DNA of 62,947 nt, filler included, from Squatina squatina (Eukaryota): NCBI GenBank assembly GCA_031763465.1. It is 4 parts of 4 records of this genome, joined end to end, with 100 filler letters (N's around TTAATTAATTAA, not from the genome) between each part and the next. Parts side by side here need not be neighbours in the genome. Positions count along the whole stretch, not along the records: positions 15,420 to 28,977 come from JARFOE010000176.1; positions 29,078 to 44,601 come from JARFOE010000051.1; 2 more parts are not named here. The stretch is one strand, 5' to 3'. Under the pieces are notes generated by a model. The model did no database searches, was not told where the DNA came from, and was given only the letters and a program-made list of their open reading frames with translations. Of this stretch, positions 25,258 to 36,975 are shown piece after piece (positions within the stretch are counted from its first letter, which is position 1; each line of letters opens with the position of its first letter). The position numbers and the translations under genes were made by a program.

Positions 25258-28200
25258 TTTAATGTATTGCCGGATATTTCATTATCATTACCATTCCGAA
25301 TAAGTCAATAAGAGTTGAATGTGCTTTGTGCAAGTATAAATGGCATGAATGAAGTCTGGACTGAAACTGTTTTGATCTCCGCTGAGGTTTTTGCTTTCTT
25401 ACCATCATTAATCTATTTTCACAGGACAAGAGTTTCTCAGGTTAAACTGCAAAGTAATTATTAGCCTGTCAGAAAGCACGGGGCTTTGATGCCTAATGGC
25501 CCAGGAACTGTTTTTGCGAGAAGCCCACACATGAAGTTAAGCTAATCCGAGAGTAGCAATCGAGTGCCAGTGACGGAAAGAAAAACTTTCTAAACATAGG
25601 GTTCGATGAAAGAAAATTGATGTGTAAGTGGTTTATGTCTGTCATCTGGTTCAACAAATTACATTGAGGCTGTTTAACAGCNNNNNNNNNNNNNNNNNNN
25701 NNNNNNNNNNNNNNNNNNNNNNNNNNNNNNNNNNNNNNNNNNNNNNNNNNNNNNNNNNNNNNNNNNNNNNNNNNNNNNNNNTTTGGCAGAATAGCTAATG
25801 CTGTTTATTCTTTTGAGGTGTGCCAGTTTCTCTCTACATTAACTAGAATGTCAGGGATCTTTAGATAAACCCTCTCTACTGGTGGCAATAACTCCTGATA
25901 GATTTACCAGACATAGTAATGTTATATGAAGATAGCAAAAACATGAGCTGTATCACTGAGTGTTTTTTGAAGGATATTACTTGGATTATCTCATCTGTGA
26001 TGGAACTGCTACCATGAATTGTTGGCAAACTTCCATCTCTTTTGATCGTAGAAAACATGTGTGTGAATATTTTACTGGAATTATCCATAATGGCATTGTG
26101 TATTTTGTGCATGGAACTGGATGTTTTGCCAACATTTTATTGCCTATTTTATAGTTACATTAATTTAATTCAGGAATGCCAGAAGTAACTTTATATAACT
26201 TCAATTTATTTTTATTTGGTCTGCCATTTTAGATCTGCCCCTGGGAACAGAGACTATTTTACCATTGTGAACAATGTTTCCTTGATACCCTTCCAGAGTG
26301 CACAGGTTTCCTCCATGCCAAAGAAAAAGTTGTATTTCAATGATCCAGACTAACACAGAGGCTTAGTTTTCCACTGTGCATTTAAACCCAAGTTCTATTT
26401 TTATTAGGGCAAGTAGACTTTGCATTACTTTCTAAATTGTTATCCCATGCTAACACAGATGCAAGGAAGATAGCGCTATGCCAGCAGATCAGGTGAGATG
26501 TGAGGAAAGTATTGATCAGCATACATAGGAACTTCAGATATTGGCCACTAAAATCTGTGACCATACTTGATACTCCTGCCATAACTTTAGCAGGCGTCTA
26601 TCAGAATGGCTGCAAATTAGGTCAGGACCCAGCCTAATTAACCTGTAGGCATGGAGTCTTTGCTCATCCCTAAACAGGCCGTTGTTGTAAGATGGGTGGG
26701 GCCAGGAGCAGAGACTCTGAGTGTCTGATTCCCATATCTCTGGCCCTTAACTGGATCTAGCATTGGTAAAAGAAAAGACTTGCATAACTTGCATTGATAT
26801 AGCGCCTTTCACGACCACCGGACGTCTCAAAGCGCTTTATAGCCAATGAAGTACTTTAAAAAAAATGTATTCACTGTTGGACCTCCTCGCTGACAACCAG
26901 CAAAAATGTTGCCCAGCTGGAATTTGTTTTCAGTAAGTTATTTTAAACTGGATCACTTACCAGATGGCGCCACTGAGACCAGCAATCTTCCATTTCTGGG
27001 AGCGGATGGGCCCCAATACACTCCCCCAGCTGAACACACCAGCCACATTTTGCTCCCTCGTTAGCAGACAGACACTCGAGATGCTTAACTTTTGCAAATG
27101 CAGTGCTGGAAATTCAGTACAGGTGCAGCTAGGAATTTATTGCGGCACATGACCTGTGCTAATTTTTGGGCCATTATCTATGCATTGTTTTATCTTCATT
27201 TTGCAAAGCAATTTTGAAAATGGAGGAACCATTCTCCTGGACCATNNNNNNNNNNNNNNNNNNNNNNNNNNNNNNNNNNNNNNNNNNNNNNNNNNNNNNN
27301 NNNNNNNNNNNNNNNNNNNNNNNNNNNNNNNNNNNNNNNNNNNNNCTAGTGTCAGGTGTCTATATAAAGAAAGACTGGAGAGACGTGAGCACTTCAGCCT
27401 TGAAAGGAGGCGAACTTATAGAAACATAGAAACATAGAAAATAGAAGCCATTTGGCCCTTTGAGTCTTCTCGTGATAGAGGTATATAAGATAGTTAATGT
27501 GAATCCAGAGTATTATTTTAAATTAAATTGTGGGAGTAGAACAAGGTTGAAACTACCTAAACTCATAGAAGTTTATGTAAGTCGCTTGGAGATAGCAAAG
27601 AGAGAAAATGCAGAGAAAGGCTGAGTTCAGACCTCAGTCCCACAAACGACTGTATCTGTGACTTGTTGGGCTTTGACAAGATCTAAAGGGAAATTGAATT
27701 CAGGCTTCTGTAGAAAAGTGGAATACGACAAACTAAAATAATCATATTCACTAGCATATCCTTGACTCAGAAACCTTTAGGAATGAAACATCTATTTCAT
27801 CCTGCAAAAACAGAAATATAATTGAACAGAATCTTTAATATGTGTTGGACAGTCGAGTGGTCCCATTTTCACTTTGTAATATATAGCTAATAATACTGCC
27901 TGTCATATCATATTTGGAAACTTACATCTTTGTCTTTGGCATTGAAAACATCCCTTGTGAGATGAAATCCCCAATAATGCTTTTACCATGAGGAATGATG
28001 TCATTCTGTGAGTGCTTGCAAATTACATTATCTATTTGGCAAAGTCTCCAGGAGATGAAAATGTAGTCTGGGAATATCAATCAATCAACTGGAATCTATT
28101 AGCTGTTGATGGACTTCATTAATACATTCTCTCCAGTTATTTCTGTTGTTTCTCATTTTTTAAGGCTTATCCGACATGTTTTGTGCAGNNNNNNNNNNNN

Positions 28201-28977
28201 NNNNNNNNNNNNNNNNNNNNNNNNNNNNNNNNNNNNNNNNNNNNNNNNNNNNNNNNNNNNNNNNNNNNNNNNNNNNNNNNNNNNNNNNTGGATTTTCTCA
28301 ACTGTCAAACCTGGTAATGCTTCAGTTTGATACGCTTTGACTTCAGATTAGTACCGGTACTGTACCAGCTTGGAATGTTGAGCGTTCCTTTGAAAGGTTC
28401 GCACTGATTCGCTGTAAAAAGCGTGGCAGCTCATTAAAACACGAGCCAAGGTGGAACACAGATCTCGCATTCAGGGGTGGAATACCACAGCTGTATTACT
28501 TAAAGCACATTCACTCAGTTTCATGAAGGAAGTGTGCAACTTTCAGCTGGCGCCAGAGTCTATTACCTGATTCATGGACTCCTGGAGTGTAGATTGAGTT
28601 TATACTGTGCAGACCTACAAGCTCAGGGAATTAATTTGTTGTGTTAGCTGGTTCCCAATTTCGAGTCTGTATCTATGCATGCATAGGTGCAAAATCCACA
28701 TGGTGACAGGCCAATTAGATTAATGGACTGTATTTGCTTGATGAAGAGTTGATAACCCATTTCACTAGCCGTTTCATCTGGCCCCACTAGGAAACCCTAC
28801 AGGCTTTAAGGCAGAAAGCAGAGTAGATATTAGGTCAGGGAGATGCCATTTTTATTTTGGCATAACACAGGGTGCCTTGTTCAACTTCAATATAAAATAA
28901 TTATATTTTCTATAAATATTCCAAAAGTTTGTCAAAATGTCATATTATTGTTTAATGAACTATTTGTCCTAAGTTGT

Positions 28978-29077
28978 NNNNNNNNNNNNNNNNNNNNNNN
29001 NNNNNNNNNNNNNNNNNNNNNTTAATTAATTAANNNNNNNNNNNNNNNNNNNNNNNNNNNNNNNNNNNNNNNNNNNN
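28978..29077. other. Artificial scaffold linker
   Basis: N44-TTAATTAATTAA-N44. Confidence 0.98.
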
Positions 29078-29193
29078 GAATCTTTTATTTGTCCAATCTT
29101 AAGTGCTTTTTTTTTGGAGTTAGTTTAAAAAAGGAATGGTTTCAAGCTTCATACGATGTGGAACGCACACTTTTGCTTATGTAAGAATGTTGT

Positions 29194-29642
29194 GTGTCAG
29201 CTGTGGCTCAGTGAGGCAGAAGGTTGTGGGTTCAAGTCACACTCCAGAGACTTGCACACATAAATCTAGGCTGACACTCCCAGTGCCGTACTGAGGGAAT
29301 ACCGCACTGTTGGAGGTGCCGTCTGTTGGATGAGACGTTAAACCGAGGCCCTGTCTGCTCTCTCAGGTGGACATAAAAAATCACAGGGCACTATTTTGAA
29401 GAGAAGGGGAATTATCCTGAGTGACCTGGCCAATGTTTATCCCCCAATCAACATCACTGAAACAGATTATCTAGTCATTATCACATTGCTGTTTGTGGGA
29501 GCTTGCTGTGCGCAAATTGGCTGCCGTGTTTTCTACATTACAACAGTGACTACATTTGAAAAGTGCGTCATTGGCTGTAAAGTGCTTTGGGACGTCCAGA
29601 GGTTGTGTAAGGCGCTATATAAATCCAAGTCTTTCTTTCTTT
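29194..29642 (+). mobile_element. Near full-length Deu-domain SINE (SacSINE1-like)
   Basis: tRNA-like head (tggctcagtg A-box; gggttcaagtc B-box), Deu core (gtgccgtc..ggatgagacgttaaaccgaggccc), L2-like tail ending gcgctatataaatccaagtctttctttcttt. Partial copies at about 3600-3900, 5350-5780(-), 26770-26880(-) and 60938-61118. Confidence 0.85.
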
Positions 29643-29760
29643 ACATATGGTTTAATGTGTNNNNNNNNNNNNNNNNNNNNNNNNNNNNNNNNNNNNNNNN
29701 NNNNNNNNNNNNNNNNNNNNNNNNNNNNNNNNNNNNNNNNNNNNNNNNNNNNNNNNNNNN

Positions 29761-30546
29761 AACCGGATCAAGGGCCTTGATTTAAGTGGTTGTAAACAGG
29801 GAGGAGACCACTGGGCATGCCCAAATGAGCTAGTCGACCAGGGAGAAGAGGTATGCGGGTTAGACACATAGTCTAACTGTTCTTTAATCCTCAGGCCGGT
29901 GACAGCCAATTTCACTCGTGTGACACTGGTGGGCCAAACCTATTATGTGATCACTGGACAATCAAACTACGCTAAGGCAGGCTTGACCTCTGAACTGATC
30001 GATCACAATGTAGCAATGACAAAGGTAACGCGGGCCTTAAAAATTGGAGATCAGTTCCTTCCCCCTTTACGAAGGAATGGGTGGATTAAAGAGATATTAT
30101 CACTTGAGAACGCCGATACCGACGATTTATTGCATCAATTCGTACCCACTTTACTCCCAGATTTACCCCCGCGAACCGCCGATTGGCAAATGCTGGAGGA
30201 ACAAGCAAGGGAGATAGTACACAAGTGGCATGAGCTTAAAAAGGACGTGCAGCGACACAAGGAACAAGCAGAGGAAGACCTCAGAGCCCGATCCTTCTGG
30301 GAAACGTTGTGGGACTGGGGACTTCATGTAAATATACATCCTTGGATCCGTATTATATCACACGTAGTAGTAGCAGTGCAATTTATAGTACTCTTTATTG
30401 TCGTAATACTATTCTGTTGCCTCTGTAGAGAATATAAACGGAAAACCCGAAGATGTAGCATCACCAAGACTATCAGAGAAATAAGTGAAAAGGGCTTTGC
30501 CCAGACTAGACTTAAGCCACGAATAGATTACGACTTTATTCTGTAG
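29761..30546 (+). pseudogene. 3' part of a retroviral-type envelope (fusion glycoprotein) gene with one in-frame stop
   Basis: The frame is open from the gap at 29761 except TAG at 29869-29871. It encodes a Cys cluster GLDLSGC..HWACP..VCGL..NCS, sequons NCS and NFT, a heptad-like helix (WQMLEEQAREIVHKWHELKKDVQRHKEQ), a Trp-rich membrane-proximal region (FWETLWDWGL), a TM (VVVAVQFIVLFIVVILFCCLC) and a basic tail. A PPT and LTR follow directly. Confidence 0.85.
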
Positions 30547-30584
30547 GTATGACTCGTTCTGGGTCATTATGGACCAGAAGGGTC

Positions 30585-30596
30585 AACAGGAGGGAT
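30585..30596 (+). other. Polypurine tract of the LTR element
   Basis: AACAGGAGGGAT lies immediately before TG at 30597. Confidence 0.7.
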
Positions 30597-31315
30597 TGAT
30601 CGGGTGAGAATAGAGTGAGTTGCATAGACTAGTAAGAGGTACATCTATATTTAGCACACCTCAAAATTAGGTACCTAGCCACTGGCTGAAGGGATACCAG
30701 CAAGTGAACAAGGCATTCTGGGAAGCTCCTTCTCAGCTTGACCAAATACCACAAGATTAATTAAAACAGGGATAACCTGTCTCTTGTGATCTCTAAATAA
30801 TGAGGAGTTCTCCAAGCATAACCGGATACCACAAGACAAGATTGAAACAAGAAATCACAGCTTGCCTTTTGTTCTACTTGGTGATAAGAAGTTCTGCAGC
30901 TCATAATGCATTAAATCACCCTGCAGCTATGGGGGGTGTGTGGATTGAGGCTACGTTATAGAAACCAGATGTTTCACAGCGCTAGATAGGTCAGCCGGGG
31001 TCATAGCAGTTAGTGATAAGATACATTCCCTTTCACACCGGTAAGGATGTAGCAATTATATGTTGTTTTCAGTGACTTTTATTGATAAATTAATCACTGT
31101 ACAACATTGTGATTGGACGGGAAAAGATTAAGTAAGACACAGCAGTATTGTAATTAACCACTTTTTTGTGTATAATTGTACAACTATCGAAGAATCCTCT
31201 AAGACATGCCTGAACGGAGGAGTTTACGCATGGCTTCCCTGATCTCAGGAAATAAAGCTTACCTTTACTTTCAAGTGACCTGTCTGGAGTCTGTTATTTT
31301 TAAAGACCCCGAACA
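30597..31315 (+). mobile_element. 3' LTR (719 bp) of an endogenous retrovirus-like element
   Basis: TGATCGGG...CCCGAACA termini (TG..CA, 7/8 inverted repeat). Imperfect U3 repeats (ataccacaaga at about 30747 and 30826), inverted CCAAT at 31112-31116, TATAAT at 31171-31176, AATAAA at 31251-31256. Confidence 0.82.
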
Positions 31316-31894
31316 CATTAGATACACTCCAATCCACAGGAACTGATCCAGAACCGAGAGAATTTTGGAAAATGATCATCCTGATGGGCCAAATGGCCTC
31401 CTTCTGTGCTGTACATTTCTCTGATTCTATGTTTCAATAATTCAATGCTTTTCATTGAAGCCTTCCGGCCGTTGGAATTTTGCCTTCCATTTAATATAAG
31501 GAAACATATACTCGGACAAGCAAACATGGAACTACAGGAGTTATTTTCGGATCTCAGAAAAACATTAAACCTAAGAATTGACCCACAGATTCTGAAGGTG
31601 TGGTTCGATTATTTTCCCGGTCCGCTGGAAGCGGATACCCAGTCCACATTCACAGTCCTTCCATCGGCTCAATTCCAGTTGATTCAATTTCTCTGAGGAT
31701 GGGTTTGAAAAGTGATCTGTATAAATGTATAGGTTTTGACAATAGTGCTGTCTGTTGCATTAGTTCATTTTTTGGTCCGTGCTGTTCAATTTGATTCTGA
31801 TCTCAATTTTGACAATAAATCAGTTGAAGGGAAACGCTGTTCGCCCCATTGCTGAGAGCCTTTATTACATTTGGGTGATAATTATGCTGTGGTA

Positions 31895-32826
31895 TCAGGG
31901 AGGCACTTCCGGCTTCCCTTCACAATTTCTCCTTATTTTACTAACGAGAATAAATGGATATTTCAGAGCATTGAACATCTCCTCTCTGAACTGTCTCTGG
32001 GTTACTGTGTAAATGGCTGTGTTCATGCAGGAACTCAGGAGCAGAAGCATAGTCCCAGCTTCATTGAAACTTCCAAAATAGTTAAAGGTGGATCTGCGGT
32101 TATAGCGCCCTACAATTCGATAATATATGAAATACACGACCGCTGTCATCCACAGCAGGATAAAACTGCTGGATATTGCAAACAGTAAAATGATGGACCG
32201 TCTGCGGTTCTGTATCTCCGGATCCTTCTCTTTCTCACCATTGCAGCAGTCTCGGAGGCTCCTTCTGGCCCGACTGGCAACCAAAATGCGTCTGGCGGTG
32301 AGAGCATTAAAGAACAAAACTGAAAAGAATGGAAGCAACGGGGTTAACAGCTGATCGAACCAGGAAAATGCTATCCATGGGGTAAAAATAAAAAAATGCG
32401 CCGATACAAGGCAGCCACTTGGTATATTGTTAACTCTCGTCATAGGTACATAAATGAAGGCCCAGGGAATGTTCTTTAAACAGAACAGCAGGCTCACGGT
32501 GATGATAATTGCAGCTGCAGTTTGTTCGGTGCAATATTTTGTTTTCAGCTTCTGACAGCAAATAGCAACAAACCGATCAAAGGTAAAAGCGACGGTGAAC
32601 CAGACAGAACAGTCTATGGCAGTTGGAGACAGGAAGAGAATGAATCTGCAAACGGAGGTGTAAAGCAGGAAAGAATCCCACCAATAAATGTCTGCAATCC
32701 GATATAATATCACATTACAGACAATCACCAGGAGATCTGCCGTCGCCATGGCCACCAGGTAGCGAGTGATGCACTTGGACAGTCCGCACTTTCCCCGGGA
32801 CAGGATGACGATCGCCAACAAGTTGA
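31895..32826 (-). CDS. GPR139/GPR142-like class A orphan GPCR, main coding exon
   Basis: Intact 7TM frame with NLLAIVILSRGKCGLS, YLVAMATADLL, FTFDRFVAICC and SSCMNTAIY. Acceptor tatttctcacag| in phase 1. With the 35010-35079 exon it gives 333 aa. Confidence 0.92.
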
Positions 32827-33504
32827 CTGTGAGAAATAGAAAAGAAAACAGAAAAATACCCAGCCAGACTCAAATGTAAAGAAGCAGCTTATTTCATGGC
32901 CATTCTTTGTTGAACATCGACGCTTGTGTTCTGCTCTCCTCTCCTGAAGGTGCAGGACATGCTGATGGAGGAAATTGTGATGCCTCATCTCACAGTTCAA
33001 TCTTTATCCATTCTATGAGGATCCATAAAGCAGGAAATAGTGAGTATAAAGCAATATTAGAGATACTGATTCTAACATCCCGATTCAACTTGAACAGAAG
33101 AGAAAGCGACAGAATAAAAAAAAGCGAGAGAATCAACATAAGTTTGAAAGGCTGTGCGAGAAGAGAACACACCAAGAATAAGATGGGTTATGAGAGAGGA
33201 AAACAAGAATTGAGAGGGTCAGAGGAGGAGACATCACCAAGAATAGTAGTCAGAGTGACTGGTAATTAAACGGCACCGAGATTCCAGTGAAAGAAGTCAA
33301 AGCCAAGAACAAAGGCGAGCTCAAGAGTGAACAATAAACAATGCAAGAATTTGGCAGGTGAGAAGACAACACAGATGTTCAAAGGGAGAGCAGCAGAAGT
33401 AAATTCGAATTATAAATTGGTCGTGAAGATATGGAAACACAAGGCTATGAGGAAACAGAGAGAAGAATATACAAAGCGCCAATTGGATTGGGAGAGATGA
33501 AACA

Positions 33505-34610
33505 ATCCAAAGATAAAAAGTGACTGGAGAGACGACAACATGGAGGATAAAAGGGACCGGAGAGAAGTCAACACTGATGATAAAAGGAAAGGGAGTGAAG
33601 ACAACACTGAGGATAAAATGGACTGGAGTGAAGACAACGCTGAAGATAAAAGGGACTGGCGTGAAGACAACACTGAGGATAAAAGGGACTGTAGTGAAGA
33701 CAACACTGAGGATATAATGGACTGGAGAGAAGTCAACACCAAGGATAAAAAGGACTGGAGAATAGACAAGACACCACGGAGGATAAAATAGAGTGGAGAG
33801 AAGACAAAACTGAGAATAAATTGGACTGGTGAGAAAACAACACTGAGGATAATTTGGACTGGAGAGAAGACAACACTGACGATAGAAGGGACTGGAGAGA
33901 TGACAACACTGATGCTAAATAAGACTGGAGGGAAGAAAACACTGAGGATGTTTTGGACTGGAGAGGAAACAACAGTGAGGACAATTTAGACTGGAGTGAA
34001 GGCAATATTGGGGATAAAAGGGACTCGAGAGAAGATGACACAGAGGATAAAAGAGACTGGAAAGAAGACAAAACCGAGGATTTAAGGGACTGCAGTGAAG
34101 ACAAACTGAGAATAAAACTGACTGGAGTGAAGACAACAGAGTGGATAATAGGGACTGGAGGGAAAACAATATTGAGAATAACTTGGACTGGAGAGAAGAC
34201 AACACTGAGGATAAAATGGACTGGAGAGAATACAACAACGATGATTAAAGGGACTGGATGGAAGACAACACTGATGGGAAAAAGCGACTGTAGAGAAGAC
34301 AACACCAGGACTAAAAGGGACTGGTGAGATGACAACTCTGAGGATAAAATGGACTGGAGAGAACCCAACACTGAGGATAAAAGGGACTGGAGAGAAGACA
34401 ACACTGAGGATAACAGGGACTGGAGAGAACACAACACTGAGGATGAAAGGGCCTGGAGAGACAAAAACACTGAGGATGAAATCTACGGGAGAGTAGACAA
34501 CACTGAGGTTAAAATGGACTGGAGAGAAGACAACACTGAGGATAAAAGGGACTGACATGAAGGCAACACTAAGGATAAAAGGGACTGGCGTGAAGACAAC
34601 ACTGATGATG
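33505..34610. repeat. 33-bp minisatellite (about 33 copies) in the GPCR intron
   Basis: Consensus GGACTGGAGAGAAGACAACACTGAGGATAAAAG is directly visible. Confidence 0.95.
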
Positions 34611-35009
34611 AATGGCAGAAGCACAGCTATAAATACTAAAGATTAAATTCAATCGGATACGAAAAATAACTTTGATATACGGAAAGGAATGGAGAAGAAA
34701 TCCTCACGGGCAAAAGTGAGTGAGATAGTTGACAGGAAGAAGAAAACATGGAGTGTGAGAGAAGACCACAGCAGTGAAGAAATAGCTCATTGCAGGAAAT
34801 AACAGCCAGGATGAATGGGAATGGAGAGACGGCAGAGCAAAGATTGAAAGGGATTGGAAGGGTGGACAATATCACAGATAAAAGGTGTTTGCTAAATGTC
34901 AATATGAAGGATGAAATGTAGCAAGAGAGAAGACAGCACCTCGGATGAAAAGTTATCGGACTGAAGACAGCATCAATGATGGCCACAAGAAGTCCTGAAA
35001 CTAACTTAC

Positions 35010-35079
35010 CAGGGACTCCTACTGTTGCGAGAACAGGGAAGTATACAGCCTGTATCTGAGAAATTGATGTCCCATGCAT
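35010..35079 (-). CDS. GPR139/142-like GPCR first coding exon
   Basis: MHGTSISQIQAVYFPVLATVGVP then G|GTAAG. The phase-1 join restores TM1 (GVP-V-NLLAIVIL). An upstream acceptor (attcctttcag| at 35124) implies a further 5' UTR exon. Confidence 0.9.
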
Positions 35080-36265
35080 TCTTCGTGTGTTGAGGATTCC
35101 TGTGGATATTGGAGCCGAGCGATCTGAAAGGAATAATGAGACAATGGAGAGAAATGAGAGTTTTATTTATAGTGCAGTGAATCCCCAATCATGCTGTTAG
35201 ATTGCGTCCCGAAGGTTATTTGTTCCAGGTTGTGGAACAACCAATGTACTGAAAACATCTGGACCTTCACTGCGAAACTCATCAGACAAGAAGTCAATTA
35301 ACATATACCAGATGTGTCACCTTTGGGAACAAGAGCTGCAAGTTCAAAGAATAACACAATATATTCAGGCTCAAAGCGAGCTAAACAACGTAGGCCATTT
35401 TGAAACCTTTCCTATCAATGAGATATTATTACTTGAAGTTTGGACACAATTCTTCGATTATCTCTCTTCTTCTCATATCTCCTCTCTCACAATTCCTCTT
35501 CCAAAGACCAAGTTATTATTGTGAGTTCCTCGCCCCTTTCTCCTTCATTGAGTCAAATTTTATCTCTTGGTATCTCTCCATCCTTGTTTCTCACATTAAC
35601 TCTTCTCTCATTTTATCTTTATATTTTATTCCAGTCTTCTCTCCAACTCCATCTCTCCCGTGTATAATATAAATAGAGACAAGGCTGGACATCCTCCACT
35701 GGTCGGGCAGCACCTCAGGGAAGGCCATCGACCTGAAAGTTTAAATCTCTTTCTCCCTCCATAGATACTCCCTGGCCTGCTGCGTATTCCCAGCGTTTAC
35801 ATTTATATTTTAGATTTCCAGCATCAGCACTATTTTGCTTTAATCTTTCCCTTTCTTTCTTTCCCTTTTACTCTTTCTCGCAGCTTCTCTTCGTTTCTGG
35901 CTTTGATTCCCCACCTCTCTGATTTGCTCTGCCCTCTTTTCCAAGACATTCCCTCTGTCCTTCTCTCTCCATTCTCCAATTGTTCTCACTCACATGCTTT
36001 CTTTCATTCCCTTTTTTTCCCCAATGTCTCTATATTTACTTCTGCTTGTCGGAGTAAGTGGTTCGGAACATGTGATGAAGGAGTCGGAATGGGCTGCTCG
36101 TGCAGCCGAGCCTGCTCCCCCATTCAATAAGATCATGGGTGATCTTCTAACTCAACCCCATTTTCCTGCAGTATCCACACATCCCTTGATGACATTAATA
36201 TCTCGAAATCTCTCGATCTCTGTCTTGAATATATTCAATGAATTGAAGCCTCCTCAGCACTCTAT

Positions 36266-36975
36266 GGTACAGAGGTGTCTGGGTGATCTCGTACATGAAA
36301 CACAAAAAGTTAGCACGCAGGTATTGCAATATTTATGAAGGCAAATGTCATGTTAACCTTTATTGCAAGATGATTTCAGTGTAAAAGTCGGGAAGTCTTG
36401 CTGCAACTGTTCAGGGCGGGGTTAAAAGCTGGCCTACATACTGCACACAGTTTTCCTCTCCATATGGAAGCATGGACGTACTTGCATTGAAGGCAATTTA
36501 GAGAAAGTTAACTCGATTGATTCTTGGATGAAGGGGTTGTATTGTGAGGAGAGGTTGAGCAATTCTGGTCTGTACTCATTCGAGTTCAGAAGAATGAGAA
36601 GTGGTCTTATTGATGTTTCTGAATTATGGATGATTCTGAGGTGGCTTGACAGTGTCGATGTTGAGAGGATGTTTAACCTTGGTGGCGAATAAAGAACCAA
36701 GTGACAGATTTTAGGTCGGAGGCGTCACACTTTTAGACCGAGATGAGGAGAAATTTCTTCTTTCAGTGGGACGTGAAAACTTGCAATTCTTTAGCCCAGG
36801 GATCTGAGTATCAGCATCGTGGAATATAATCAACGTTGAGAAAAACACATTTTTGATCCACAGGGGAGTCAAGAATTCTGGGGAACAGGAGGACTGTGGA
36901 CTGAGGCCAAGGTGAGATCAGCCATGATGGTATTGAATGACGGAGCAGGCTCGAGGGGTCGAATTGCCTCCTTCT
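36266..36975 (+). mobile_element. Degraded CR1 LINE 3' portion
   Basis: Contains gtctgtactcattcgagttcagaagaatgagaagtggtcttattga and the tail agatcagccatgat..gaatgacggagcaggctcgaggggtcgaattgcc. A reverse CR1 tail precedes it at about 36055-36265. Confidence 0.8.

Noticed and set aside
29194-29250. tRNA gene
   Set aside because: The A/B boxes belong to a SINE head and no cloverleaf can be formed.
33410-34624. Repetitive ORFs (SSVLSSLQSLL / EDNTEDKRDW) as LRR-like proteins, or the array as CRISPR
   Set aside because: They are by-products of a 33-bp head-to-tail intronic minisatellite. There are no unique spacers or cas genes, and the context is eukaryotic.
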